DNA from: Octopus sinensis
Lineage: Eukaryota
Direction: 5' to 3'
Length of the DNA: 64,000 nt
NCBI RefSeq assembly: GCF_006345805.1
Contig: NC_043004.1
Span: forward strand, 40,858,001-40,922,000
The translations under genes were made by a program, and so were the position numbers. The notes beneath the pieces are model-generated. The model was given only the letters and a program-made list of their open reading frames with translations. It had not been told where the DNA came from and did not search any database. This document shows, piece by piece, positions 23,801 to 36,282 of this stretch; position 1 is the stretch's first letter; every line of letters begins with the position of its first letter.

Positions 23801-26800
23801 GGCACCATCACCAGTGCTTTTTAAGTGGTACCATCACCAGTGCTTTTTAAGTGGCACCATCACCAGTGCTTTTTAAGTGGCACCATCACCAGTGCTTTTT
23901 ACATGGCACCATCACCAGTGCTTTTTACATGGCACCATCACCAGTGCTTTTTAAGTGGCACCATCACCAGTGCTTTTTACGTGGCACCATCACCAGTGCT
24001 TTTTACATGGCACCATCACCAGTGCTTTTTAAGTGGCACCATCACCAGTGCTTTTTACGTGGCACCATCACCAGTGCTTTTTACATGGCACCATCACCAG
24101 TGCTTTTTAAGTGGCACCATCACCAGTGCTTTTTACGTGGCACCATCACCAGTGCTTTTTAAGTGGTACCATCACCAGTGCTTTTTAAGTGGCACCATCA
24201 CCAGTGCTTTTTACATGGCACCATCACCAGTGCTTTTTACATGGCACCATCACCAGTGCTTTTTAAGTGGTACCATCACCAGTGCTTTTTACGTGGAACC
24301 ATCACCAGTGCTTTTTAAGTGGTACCATCACCAGTGCTTTTTACATGGCACCATCACCAGTGCTTTTTAAGTGGCACCATCACCAGTGCTTTTTACGTGG
24401 AACCATCACCAGTGCTTTTTAAGTGGTACCATCACCAGTGCTTTTTACGTGGAACCATCACCAGTGCTTTTTAAGTGGCACCATCACCAGTGCTTTTTAC
24501 ATGGCACCATCACCAGTGCTTTTTACATGGCACCATCACCAGTGCTTTTTAAGTGGCACCATCACCAGTGCTTTTTACATGGCACCATCACCAGTGCTTT
24601 TTACATGGCACCATCACCAGTGCTTTTTACGTGGCACCATCACCAGTGCTTTTTAAGTGGTACCATCACCAGTGCTTTTTAAGTGGCACCATCACCAGTG
24701 CTTTTTAAGTGGCACCATCACCAGTGCTTTTTACATGGCACCATCACCAGTGCTTTTTACATGGCACCATCACCAGTGCTTTTTAAGTGGCACCATCACC
24801 AGTGCTTTTTACATGGCACCATCACCAGTGCTTTTTACATGGCACCATCACCAGTGCTTTTTACGTGGCACCATCACCAGTGCTTTTTAGTGGTACCATC
24901 ACCAGTGCTTTTTAAGTGGGACCATCACCAGTGCTTTTTAAGTGGCACCATCACCAGTGCTTTTTACATGGCACCATCACCAGTGCTTTTTACATGGCAC
25001 CATCACCAGTGCTTTTTACGTGGCACCATCACCAGTGCTTTTTACATGGCACCATTACCAGTGCTTTTTACATGGCACCATCACCAGTACTTTTTAAGTG
25101 GCACCATCACCAGTGCTTTTTACATGGCACCATTACCAGTGCTTTTTAAGTGGCACCATCACCAGTGCTTTTTACATGGCACCATTACCAGTGCTTTTTA
25201 AGTGGCACCATCACCAGTGCTTTTTAAGTGGCACCATCACCAGTGCTTTTTACATGGCACCATCACCAGTGCTTTTTAAGTGGCACCATCACCAGTGCTT
25301 TTTACGTGGCACCATCACCAGTGCTTTTTAAGTGGCACCATCACCAGTGCTTTTTAAGTGGCACCATCACCAGTGCTTTTTACATGGCACCATTACCAGT
25401 GCTTTTTAAGTGGCACCATCACCAGTGCTTTTTAAGTGGCACCATCACCAGTGCTTTTTAAGTGGCACCATCACCAGTGCTTTTTACATGGCACCATTAC
25501 CAGAGCTTTTTAAGTGGCACAATCACCAGTGCTTTTTAAGTGGCACCATCACCAGTGCTTTTTACATGGCACCATCACCAGTGCTTTTTAAGGGCACCAT
25601 CACCAGTGCTTTTTAAGTGGCACCATCACCAGTGCTTTTTACATGGCACCATTACCAGTGCTTTTTAAGTGGCACCATCACCAGTGCTTTTTAAGTGGCA
25701 CCATCACCAGTGCTTTTTACATGGCACCATTACCAAGCTTTTTAAGTGGCACATCACCAGTGCTTTTTAAGTGGCACCATCACCAGTGCTTTTTACATGG
25801 CACCATCACCAGTGCTTTTTAAGTGGAACCATCACCAGTGCTTTTTAAGTGGCACCATCACCAGTGCTTTTTACATGGCACCATTACCAGTGCTTTTTAA
25901 GTGGCACCATCACCAGTGCTTTTTAAGTGGCACCATCACCAGTGCTTTTTAAGTGCACCATCACCAGTGCTTTTTACATGGCACCATTACCAGAGCTTTT
26001 TAAGTGGCACAATCACCAGTGCTTTTTAAGTGGAACCATCACCAGTGCTTTTTACATGGCACCATCACCAGTGCTTTTTAAGTGAACCATCACCAGTGCT
26101 TTTTAAGTGGCACCATCACCAGTGCTTTTTACATGGCACCATTACCAGTGCTTTTTAAGTGGCACCATCACCAGTGCTTTTTAAGTGGCACCATCACCAG
26201 TGCTTTTTAAGTGGCACCATCACCAGTGCTTTTTACATGGCACCATTACCAGAGCTTTTTAAGTGGCACAATCACCAGTGCTTTTTAAGTGGCACCATCA
26301 CCAGTGCTTTTTACATGGCACCATCACCAGTGCTTTTTAAGTGGAACCATCACCAGTGCTTTTTAAGTGGCACCATCACCAGTGCTTTTTACATGGCACC
26401 ATTACCAGTGCTTTTTAAGTGGCACCATCACCAGTGCTTTTTAAGTGGCACCATCACCAGTGCTTTTTAAGTGGCACCATCACCAGTGCTTTTTACATGG
26501 CACCATTACCAGAGCTTTTTAAGTGGCACAATCACCAGTGCTTTTTAAGTGGCACCATCACCAGTGCTTTTTACATGGCACCATCACCAGTGCTTTTTAA
26601 GTGGCACCATCACCAGTGCTTTTTAAGTGGCACCATCACCAGTGCTTTTTACATGGCACCATTACCAGTGCTTTTTAAGTGGCACCATCACCAGTGCTTT
26701 TTAAGTGCACCATCACCAGTGCTTTTTAAGTGGCACCATCACCAGTGCTTTTTACATGGCACCATTACCAGAGCTTTTTAAGTGGCACAATCACCAGTGC

Positions 26801-29121
26801 TTTTTAAGTGGCACCATCACCAGTGCTTTTTACATGGCACCATCACCAGTGCTTTTTAAGTGGAACCATCACCAGTGCTTTTTAAGTGGCACCATCACCA
26901 GTGCTTTTTACATGGCACCATTACCAGTGCTTTTTAAGTGGCACCATCACCAGTGCTTTTTAAGTGGCACCATCACCAGTGCTTTTTAAGTGGCACCATC
27001 ACCAGTGCTTTTTACATGGCACCATTACCAGAGCTTTTTAAGTGGCACATCACCAGTGCTTTTTAAGTGGCACCATCACCAGTGCTTTTTACATGGCACC
27101 ATCACCAGTGCTTTTTAAGTGGAACCATCACCAGTGCTTTTTAAGTGGCACCATCACCAGTGCTTTTTACATGGCACCATTACCAGTGCTTTTTAAGTGG
27201 CACCATCACCAGTGCTTTTTAAGTGGCACCATCACCAGTGCTTTTTAAGTGGCACCATCACCAGTGCTTTTTACATGGCACCATTACCAGAGCTTTTTAA
27301 GTGGCACAATCACCAGTGCTTTTTAAGTGGCACCATCACCAGTGCTTTTTAGTGGAACCATCACCAGTGCTTTTTAAGTGGAACCATCACCAGTGCTTTT
27401 TACATGGCACCATTACCAGAGCTTTTTAAGTGGCACAATCACCAGTGCTTTTTAAGTGGCACCATCACCAGTGCTTTTTAAGTGGCACCATCACCAGTGC
27501 TTTTTAAGTGGCACCATCACCAGTGCTTTTTACATGGCACCATTACCAGAGCTTTTTAAGTGGCACAATCACCAGTGCTTTTTAAGTGGCACCATCACCA
27601 GTGCTTTTTAAGTGGAACCATCACCAGTGCTTTTTAAGTGGAACCATCACCAGTGCTTTTTACATGGCACCATTACCAGAGCTTTTTAAGTGGCACCATC
27701 ACCAGTGCTTTTTAAGTGGAACCATCACCAGTGCTTTTTACATGGCACCATTACCAGAGCTTTTTAAGTGGCACCATCACCAGTGCTTTTTAAGTGGCAC
27801 CATCACCAGTGCTTTTTAAGTGGAACCATCACCAGTGCTTTTTACATGGCACCATTACCAGAGCTTTTTAAGTGGCACAATCACCAGTGCTTTTTAAGTG
27901 GCACCATCACCAGTGCTTTTTAAGTGGAACCATCACCAGTGCTTTTTAAGTGGAACCATCACCAGTGCTTTTTACATGGCACCATCACCAGTGCTTTTTA
28001 CATGGCACCATTACCAGAGCTTTTTAAGTGGCACAATCACCAGTGCTTTTTAAGTGGCACCATCACCAGTGCTTTTTACATGGCACCATTACCAAGCTTT
28101 TAAGTGGCACAATCACCAGTGCTTTTTAAGTGGCACCATCACCAGTGCTTTTTACATGGCACCATCACCAGTGCTTTTTAAGTGGAACCATCACCAGTGC
28201 TTTTTAAGTGGCACCATCACCAGTGCTTTTTACATGGCACCATACCAGTGCTTTTTAAGTGGCACCATCACACAGTGCTTTTTAAGTGGCACCATCACCA
28301 GTGCTTTTTAAGTGGCACCATCACCAGTGCTTTTTACATGGCACCATTACCAGAGCTTTTTAAGTGGCACAATCACCAGTGCTTTTTAAGTGGCACCATC
28401 ACCAGTGCTTTTTACATGGCACCATCACCAGTCTTTTAAGTGGAACCATCACCAGTGCTTTTTAAGTGGCACCATCACCAGTGCTTTTTACATGGCACCA
28501 TACCAGTGCTTTTTAAGTGACACCATCACCAGTGCTTTTTAAGTGGCACCATCACCAGTGCTTTTTAAGTGGCACCATCACCAGTGCTTTTTACATGGCA
28601 CCATTACCAGAGCTTTTTAAGTGGCACAATCACCAGTGCTTTTTAAGTGGCACCATCACCAGTGCTTTTTACATGGCACCATCACCAGTGCTTTTTAAGT
28701 GGAACCATCACCAGTGCTTTTTACATGGCACCATTACCAGTGCTTTTTAAGTGGCACAATCACCAGTGCTTTTTAAGTGGCACCATCACCAGTGCTTTTT
28801 ACATGGCACCATTACCAGTGCTTTTTAAGTGGCACAATCACCAGTGCTTTTTACATGGCACCATTACCAGTGCTTTTTACATGGCACCATTACCAGTGCT
28901 TTTTAAGTGGCACCATCACCAGTGCTTTTTAAGTGGCACCATCACCAGTGCTTTTTAAGTGGCACCATCACCAGTGCTTTTTACATGGCACCATTACCAG
29001 AGCTTTTTAAGTGGCACAATCACCAGTGCTTTTTAAGTGGCACCATCACCAGTGCTTTTTAAGTGGAACCATCACCAGTGCTTTTTAAGTGGAACCATCA
29101 CCAGTGCTTTTTACATGGCAC
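20800..29121. repeat. ~8.3-kb tandem array of a 26-bp unit (consensus GTGCTTTTTA[AG/CA]TGGCACCAT[C/T]ACCA), ~320 copies
   Basis: Directly visible. The unit runs from gtgctttttat at 20800 to ...ttacatggcac at 29121. The 78-bp periodic ORFs (MAPSPVLFKWHHHQCFLSGTITSAF) confirm a 26-bp period read through three frames. Confidence 0.98.
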
Positions 29122-29442
29122 ACAAATGAAATAAATAAAATACAGTAAAATAACAAATTTGTTTTCATCAGAAGCACGTAGGATGGCCATTTCTTCAAGT
29201 TACAAGAGTTTCTGCAACAGCACTTGAAGAAACGAATTTTAGCATTTGAATTTAGAACCCAAAAGGTCAGAATTAATACTGTAAGGCATTTTTCCAACAC
29301 TGCAACGGTTATACCTGTCCACCACCCTTAATAGTTCTTTTCTGATTTAGGCACAAAACCAGCTATTTTGAGGGCAGAGAGTTAAGAAATACCACAGTTC
29401 ATTTCATTCCCAACATTTCAACAATTCTGTTAACTCACTGCC

Positions 29443-30012
29443 ATAATAATAATAAATGCCCTGATCCAGTACCAGGCAGTGGTTCTCATGGCTCCTGATC
29501 TTAACTGATTGGAAGTGTTATCATGTGCATTGTTTTGTCTTGGTATAAAAGATGGGCTACAACGAATATTCTGCTCAATACCAGATTTGCTTGTCAGTTG
29601 TTTGACTGTAACCAGTTGTCCTTTGGTGGCTAACATCTCTGATCATGAGCAGAAGTAGTGGGGGGAGCTCATAGCCATGTATTGAGAGAAAATCTTTGGG
29701 GTTTGAATAATTCATCTCTGGAAACATGGGTGTTTCATTCAACATCCTTAAACAACCTTTATTCAAGGACTTTTTGAGTGGGATGGGTGACTCGACCTGA
29801 AGAAAATTCTAACTAGGACCCACCTGCAAGGTCATGTGCTGTTTATCTTGATATGAGATCACCATGTTGCACACATATAGTTGTGATGCATGTGTCTGGT
29901 GTACCCTTATCAGAAGGATAGTCATGATGGGTAAACTGGGCTTTGTATATTTGTACTCCAGTATTACTTTGATGGCATGCACTGCTCTCACACTCAATAA
30001 TAATAATAATAA
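29443..30012 (+). repeat. Probable interspersed repeat bounded by (AAT)n runs
   Basis: Short (AAT)n runs at both ends and no sensible ORF. It is single-copy in this window, so repeat status is inferred. Confidence 0.35.
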
Positions 30013-30270
30013 TCCTCTCTACAATAGTCACAACACCTGAAACTTTTGGTGAGAGAGGACTAGTTGATTATATTGACACTAGTGCTATTTTACTAACCTT
30101 GAAAGGATGAAAAGCAAAGTCTGAACAAATAATGGTATCACCAGAGTTTGAACAAATAATGGTATCAAATTTTAGCACAAGGCCAGCAATTTCAGGGGTT
30201 CTTATTTTATCAACCTTCAAAAGATCATTTAACATCCCTTTTTTATATATAATCATTATCGTTTCCTTAA

Positions 30271-30496
30271 CCCTTTAGTATTTAAACCGGCCATATCCGG
30301 CCAAAATAGCTAATCTGTTTTATGTTCAAACTGACCAGATCCAGGTTCTCACACCTACCCTACAATGTTATTCTACATTAAGTAATTACACCATCAAGAT
30401 CTTGAAGATATGAGATAATGCATGATTAATTCAAATGGGAATTCAATGGGAATCAATAAGCATTAGGTTTGATAGAATAATCAGAACACTAAAGGA
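30271..30496. mobile_element. TTAA-flanked piggyBac-type MITE, family P1
   Basis: TTAA|CCCTTTAG...CTAAAGGA|TTAA. Homologous copies at 35120, 35805-36452, 39714-40270 and 41380-41595. Confidence 0.8.
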
Positions 30497-30670
30497 TTAA
30501 AGTCCACTGGGTCAAGCGAAATTCATCAAGAAAACTTTTCTACAGCTGGTTGTCCTTCCTGCTATCAACCCTCACTTTGATTCCAGTTAAGGCAATAATC
30601 CTCAGCTCTATCGAATATCTAATCTAACAGTCTAGACCTGGCTATGTAGAGAACTGAAAACAAACGATAC

Positions 30671-30708
30671 CGTTTGAACAATGAGCTCTGACATGCTTTC
30701 ATGGTCAC
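30671..30708 (-). CDS. Candidate 38-nt internal exon (xDHESMSELIVQT)
   Basis: cctttttctttcag| acceptor and CG|gtatcg donor; open frame. Confidence 0.3.
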
Positions 30709-31139
30709 CTGAAAGAAAAAGGTACCATCTGTGTGGTCCAGTAAGACTGTTGTTCAGTCAGTGGACACACATGATGATGAAAAGAAAGGCAAACTCACAT
30801 AAACACAAATACATATGACAGGCTTCTTCAGTTTCTGTCTACTATTAAGCTCAAGAGATATTGGCCAACCTGTGGTTATAATATAGAAAGCCAGCTGACA
30901 GTATTCACAGAGTGATCACATGGTGTGCATATGCATATAATATTGCGTGTGTGTGTGTATGAGTGCACAAGGGTAGTGTTTATCACCAATTTAACATGGG
31001 TGTTCTCTAAGAGAAGATGATACAGCTATTTTGACCCCAGGAAGACATCTTCTCCAGCTGGTTAATTTAGTGCGCTTTCACATTCAATATTTATTGCAAG
31101 TGGGAGATAACTCCTGCCATCCTAGCTTCAAGACCACCA

Positions 31140-31381
31140 GACCATGTGATTTCAATCATAGCACCATCCGATTGTGGCCGTTTGCCAGCCTCGTCTGGCA
31201 CGTAAAAAGCATCCACTACACTCACGGAGTGGTTGGCATTAGGAAGGGCATCCAGCTGTAGAAACACTGCCAGATCAGACTGGGCCTGGTGCAGGCTTCT
31301 GGCTTCCCAGACCCTAGTTGAACCGTCCAACCCATGCTAGCATGGAAAGCGGATGTTAAACGATGATGATGATGATGATGT
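31140..31381 (+). mobile_element. Retroposon family D 3' part
   Basis: ggcacgtaaaaagcatccactac...ttaggaagggcatccagctg...gttaaacgatgatgatg. Confidence 0.88.
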
Positions 31382-31837
31382 ATACAGAGAGAGAGAGAGA
31401 GAGAGAGACACACACACACAATTAAAATTCAGGCGCTCACCTCAGCAGCACTTCATGCAGGAACCTGGTGGCCAGCAAAGTGTTTGAATAACAGTATAAA
31501 GGTTGCACCTTTTGATTAACCAAAGAATGATTGGTTATACGTAAGCTAATTATTAAAGGAGCACTTTGCATATTCAAGGCATGTATTTCAAGCAGGTATG
31601 TTATAATTCTTACAAAATGAATAACGATAATATTAATTGAGGAAAGAGAAATCAAATTAATGTTGCATGTGTTTTAATGAATGACCATTTAAACCATATT
31701 ACACACGAAACTTGTGCAATTTTATGTAATAAATTTAGAGTTCACTCACTTCTTCAGACATTATAATTTGATCCACAATCGCGCGCGTGCGTGTGTGTGT
31801 GTGTGTGTACACACACACACACACATGTGTGAATCTA

Positions 31838-32124
31838 GGACTATTCATCTAAAACTCTTCAGTCTAAAGAACTTTGGTCTAAGGTGACTTTTGTATAAAT
31901 GCACTAAAGTCTAAAGTCATTTTTGTCTAAATGCTATTTAGTATAAAGACATTTTTGTTTAAACTCACTTTTGTCTAATAACTATTTTGTCTATACAATT
32001 TCAAAAAAAAATGTAAAAGATCTAAATAACTATACTCTAGTAATCCTTTTTGTTTTTAGACAAAAATGCTCTTAGACCAAAATGTCATAGACTAAAGTGG
32101 CTTAGACCAAAGTGCCATATCCCG
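31838..32124. mobile_element. Foldback-like element with subterminal short repeats
   Basis: Multiple tttggtcta/ttttgtcta motifs in the left half are mirrored by tagaccaaa/tagacaaaa in the right half. Confidence 0.45.
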
Positions 32125-32341
32125 TGTATGTGTGTGTGTATACATACATGCACAACGTAGCACCAGCTGGAGACATGGGATGAGGTGGTGCAATATGATC
32201 TTCGGATATTGAATCTCATGGAAGCAATGACGAGTGACCAAGACTGTTGGTCATTTGCTGTGCTTGAGAAGATGTGTCAAGCTTAGTGAAACCGTAGTTG
32301 TAGCCAGTGCCAGTGACATGTTGGAGGTATGGAGTGGGGAG

Positions 32342-32450
32342 GCACCCATGCTGGTGACATGTTAGAGGCACCTGTGCCGGCAACACATTATAGGCATCTG
32401 TGCCAGCGACATGTTGGAAGCATCCATGTCAGTGACACACCAAGGGCACC
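32342..32450 (+). repeat. Diverged 26-bp tandem array (4+ units) inside a family D-related copy
   Basis: gcacc/gcatc anchors at 32342, 32368, 32394, 32420 and 32446. Confidence 0.8.
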
Positions 32451-32481
32451 TGATACATTCTGTGGAGTTAGAGCACTTAGC

Positions 32482-32702
32482 TACTCTTTACTCTTTTACT
32501 TGTTTCAGTCATTTGACTACGGCCATGCTGGAGCACCACCTTTAATTGAGCAACTCGACCCCCAGGACTTATTCTTTTGTAAGCCCAGTACTTATTCTAT
32601 CGGTCTCTTTTGCTGAACCGCTAAGTTACGGGGACATAAACACACCAGCATCGGTTGTCAAGCAATGCTAGGGGGACAAACACAGACACACAAACACACA
32701 CA

Positions 32703-32776
<74 letters not shown>

Positions 32777-32945
32777 TATATACGACGGGCTTCTTTCAGT
32801 TTCCGTCTACCAAATCCACTCACAAGACTTTGGTCGGCCCGAGGCTATAGTAGAAGACACTTGCCCAAGGTGCCACGCAGTGGGACTGAACCCGGAACCA
32901 TGTGGTTGGTAAACAAGCTACTTACCACACAGCCACTGCTGCGCC
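32482..32945 (-). mobile_element. SINE family A copy
   Basis: Full family motifs with an expanded internal (TA)n. Confidence 0.9.
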
Positions 32946-33262
32946 TACATCCCTTTATATTTTGAGTTCAAATCTTGCCAAGGTCATCTGTGTGCATGTC
33001 ATCCTTTCAGGATCTCATGAAAGAAAGGACAAGTTAAGCACTGGAGGTGATTTAAAACATCATAAGATGTGCATGGAATTATTAAGACGCACGGAATTAC
33101 TATAGAAGACATGAACCAATAATATGGTTCATGAATACCAAACTGGACTGAAGGCTGTTAGTTATTGCTTTGCAAGTGGGATGAGGAGAGGAGGGGGGGT
33201 CAAGCAATAGTAACGGAAATCATTGACCATATAGTCCAGAAGATTAAATGGAATGGAAGAAC

Positions 33263-33321
<59 letters not shown>

Positions 33322-33671
33322 CATATTAAAAGATGAAAAACCCTCAAGACTTCCATAGATACAAGTGTTTATGATGTGGAAGTTATTAGATAAGGCAATG
33401 ATTACTTATACACAAATATCACACACATATACACATGCACACACATAAACACATACACATAACTGTGTGTGTGTGTGCATTTATACAACATATATACATA
33501 TGGCAGAGACAGAGATTGATTCTCAAGTACTAGACATATAGATTATAATGACATAAAAAGTTGAGCAATGTTTCATTTTATTTCCATGGGAAAATTCTGA
33601 GACTTTTTATATCTGTATATAAATAAACTAATTATTGATATCTTCATTGCTTCTGACTAATATACATATAT

Positions 33672-34125
33672 ATATCATCATCATTATCATTTAGCGTCCG
33701 CTTTCCATGCTAGCATGGGTTGGATGGTTCAACTGGGGTCTGGGAAGCCAGAACGCTGCACCAGGCCCAGTCTGATCTGGCAATGTTTCTACGGCTGGAT
33801 GCCCTTCCTAATGCCAACCACTCCGTGAGTGTAGTGGGAACTTTTTACGAGCCAGACGAGGCTGGCAAACGGCCACGATCAGATGGTGCTTTTTACATGC
33901 CACCGGTAAGGGGGCCAGGCAAGGCTGGCAACAGCCACGATCGGATGGTGCTTTTTACATGCCACTGGCACGGAGGCCCATCGGAGCAGTGCTGGCAACG
34001 GCCACGTTCGGATGGTTCGCTTACATACCACCGGCACTGGTATCACAGCTACAATTTCCATTGATGTTGATCAATTTCGATTTTGATTCTGATTATCACT
34101 TGCCTCAACAGGTCTTCACAAGTAG
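33672..34125 (-). mobile_element. Long retroposon family D copy with a 3-unit 62-67-bp internal repeat
   Basis: The gatggt anchor recurs at 33882, 33944 and 34011, with the same spacing as the copy at 56.6 kb. Confidence 0.85.
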
Positions 34126-34169
34126 AGTTTTTTGTCCATATACCACATACAGTTTGATTATCCAATGAA

Positions 34170-34212
<43 letters not shown>

Positions 34213-34744
34213 AACATGCATGTCAGACTCTACATCAGAAGAGTGATACACATATACACTTACAAATATCTACATACTAGTGGACTAGCAAATACATTTA
34301 CATATCAGTTTGTCTACGCATATATATGCACACATTCAAACTCACTATATTAGGAGGGCAACAGATCAACACACAACTGCACTTAACTGTATGTTCTTTA
34401 AGCAGAAGGCGTCCCTGGGAAATTTTTTGATGTTATTAATTGCTAAATCAGTGAATAATTTTCACCCAAAACTCAAAATTACAGTTCTGGCACCTAAATG
34501 TTAGACTGTGCTTTGCAGAATTTTATGTTCTAAGTAAGGCACATTACTTCCTTTACCTCCATTCTGCTCTAACACTAAATAAAGTCTCTTATTTTAGGGT
34601 GAACAAATTGCTATCAGCAATGACATCTAATTATAAAAATACACACAAGACAATGATAATAAAACTAAATTTCAAAGAATACCAATGTTCTAATAGAAAT
34701 CTGCTTTGGTGTGGTTGTGCATCACACAGGGAGATAACCTTTTT

Positions 34745-34998
34745 TTTGTTCCTTCTCGAGCCATCCACGGCTCATAAGGGCCGGTTTCCCAGTTTCCTTG
34801 GCGTATAGGTTCCCCACCTAGACGGGACGCCGGTTCGTCGCAGGTGAGCTGCAAGATGCAGGAGGAAAGAGTGAGAGAAAGTTGTGGCGAAAGAGTCAGT
34901 AGAGGTTCGCCATTACCTTCTGCTGGAGCCGTGTGGTGCTTAGGTGTTTCGCTCATAAACACACACGTCACCCGGTCTGAGATTCGAGCCCGCGATCT
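34745..34998 (-). mobile_element. SINE subfamily B2, head truncated
   Basis: Matches the copies at 61164-61456 and 63806-64000. Confidence 0.85.
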
Positions 34999-35379
34999 CA
35001 GGGAGATAACCTGTAAGAGTTATAACCCCAAGGTTCACAAAATTCCCATAACATCAATCCTCAAAAGTAACTCTTCATAGACACAGCATACATTCCATGT
35101 AGGAGGAAGAGGCTCTTAACCCTTTAGCATTCAGATCATTTGGTCAAATGGAATGTTTATTTAGTCACACTGCTTTGAATTAATTCTGGATTATCTCACA
35201 GCTTTGAGATTTCAATGATTTTGCATATTTTTAGAATGACAATGTAGGGTAGATGTAAGAGGTTGGACCTGGCCAGTTTGAACAAAGAAAAAAAACGAAC
35301 CAATAAGAGTCACTTGATTTGCTAAAGATAGCAACCTAACTCACTCAAAGCAATTGGAGTAGTAGTCGTACAGGGGCAA

Positions 35380-35600
35380 GTGCTGTAACAGTGCGTATTT
35401 GCATCCACCATTTTGTTGGCAATTGGTGGATGACACTTTTGCACTACTCTGGTGACAACCCTCCAACTGATGGGTCTGCTGAGGGTTTCACAAGACCAGA
35501 GTGTAAAGCCTACTTCAACTGTTTTTAGCGGCCTCCTTTTACAACACACAGAGGAAACATCGAGTCTATTCTTTTACATGCTAGTGCCCACACAGCACAT
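35380..35600 (-). mobile_element. Degenerate dispersed repeat, homologous to 48680-48895
   Basis: Shared ggtgacaaccctccaac...tacttcaac...cagaggaaacac...ctattcttt. Confidence 0.6.
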
Positions 35601-35866
35601 TCTTTGACATGCCGGTCCCCACACAAAACAGTGGTGTGTGGATGCCAGTATGTCGAAGAATGGGAATACATAAAAGAAAAACCCAAACACTGGCCAAGGA
35701 CTCGAAGCTGAGATAGAAGGATTTTCGATTGTGACTGTAGCATAAAATCATAGCTTTCCCACTAGAACCATTGAAGGGATGAAATAAGGGGAATACGTTA
35801 ATTCTTTTGTGTTTAAACACGGCCATATCCAGCTGAAAAAGTTCACCTGTTTTATATTGAAACTGG

Positions 35867-36282
35867 GGATCTTTTCGGTTTGAACGGCAGTTTTTAACAT
35901 AATTTCTTGGTAACTAAATAATTTTAAACTTCGTATACTGGTAGAATGTGTTTATAAAACATCTTTTTCTCTTGGCTTTATTGAGAAAATTCTATAGTTT
36001 GTAAGATATTTGGGGTTTTTTTCTTCAATTTTTGCAATTTCAACCAATCAGTGACGTCTATTGAGTTAAAAAGCATTCTGTGCCGTATGAATATGTCCCT
36101 CGTTTAAGAAACAGATTGGGTTTATTTACATTTGTGAAGAAATAAAAAATACCCTTCCCCCACCCCTAACCTTAACGCTAAAACAGATTGAAATGCAATA
36201 GATCGATACTAGGGTCATAATTATGGGTGACAATTTCATATGACACCGCTAGAAAAAACTGCCGTTCAAACCGAAAAGATCC
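35867..36282 (+). mobile_element. GG-TIR MITE copy 3, nested in a P1 MITE
   Basis: Perfect TIRs; perfect 8-bp TSD gaaactgg. Confidence 0.93.

Noticed and set aside
20825-28958. His-rich repetitive protein (MAPSPVLFKWHHHQCFLSGTITSAF)
   Set aside because: The period of 26 is not a multiple of 3, so ORFs rotate through frames and stop at every ttttaa unit. All minus-strand frames are closed within a few units.
20800-29121. CRISPR array
   Set aside because: Units are directly tandem with no unique spacers, there are no cas genes, and the context is eukaryotic.
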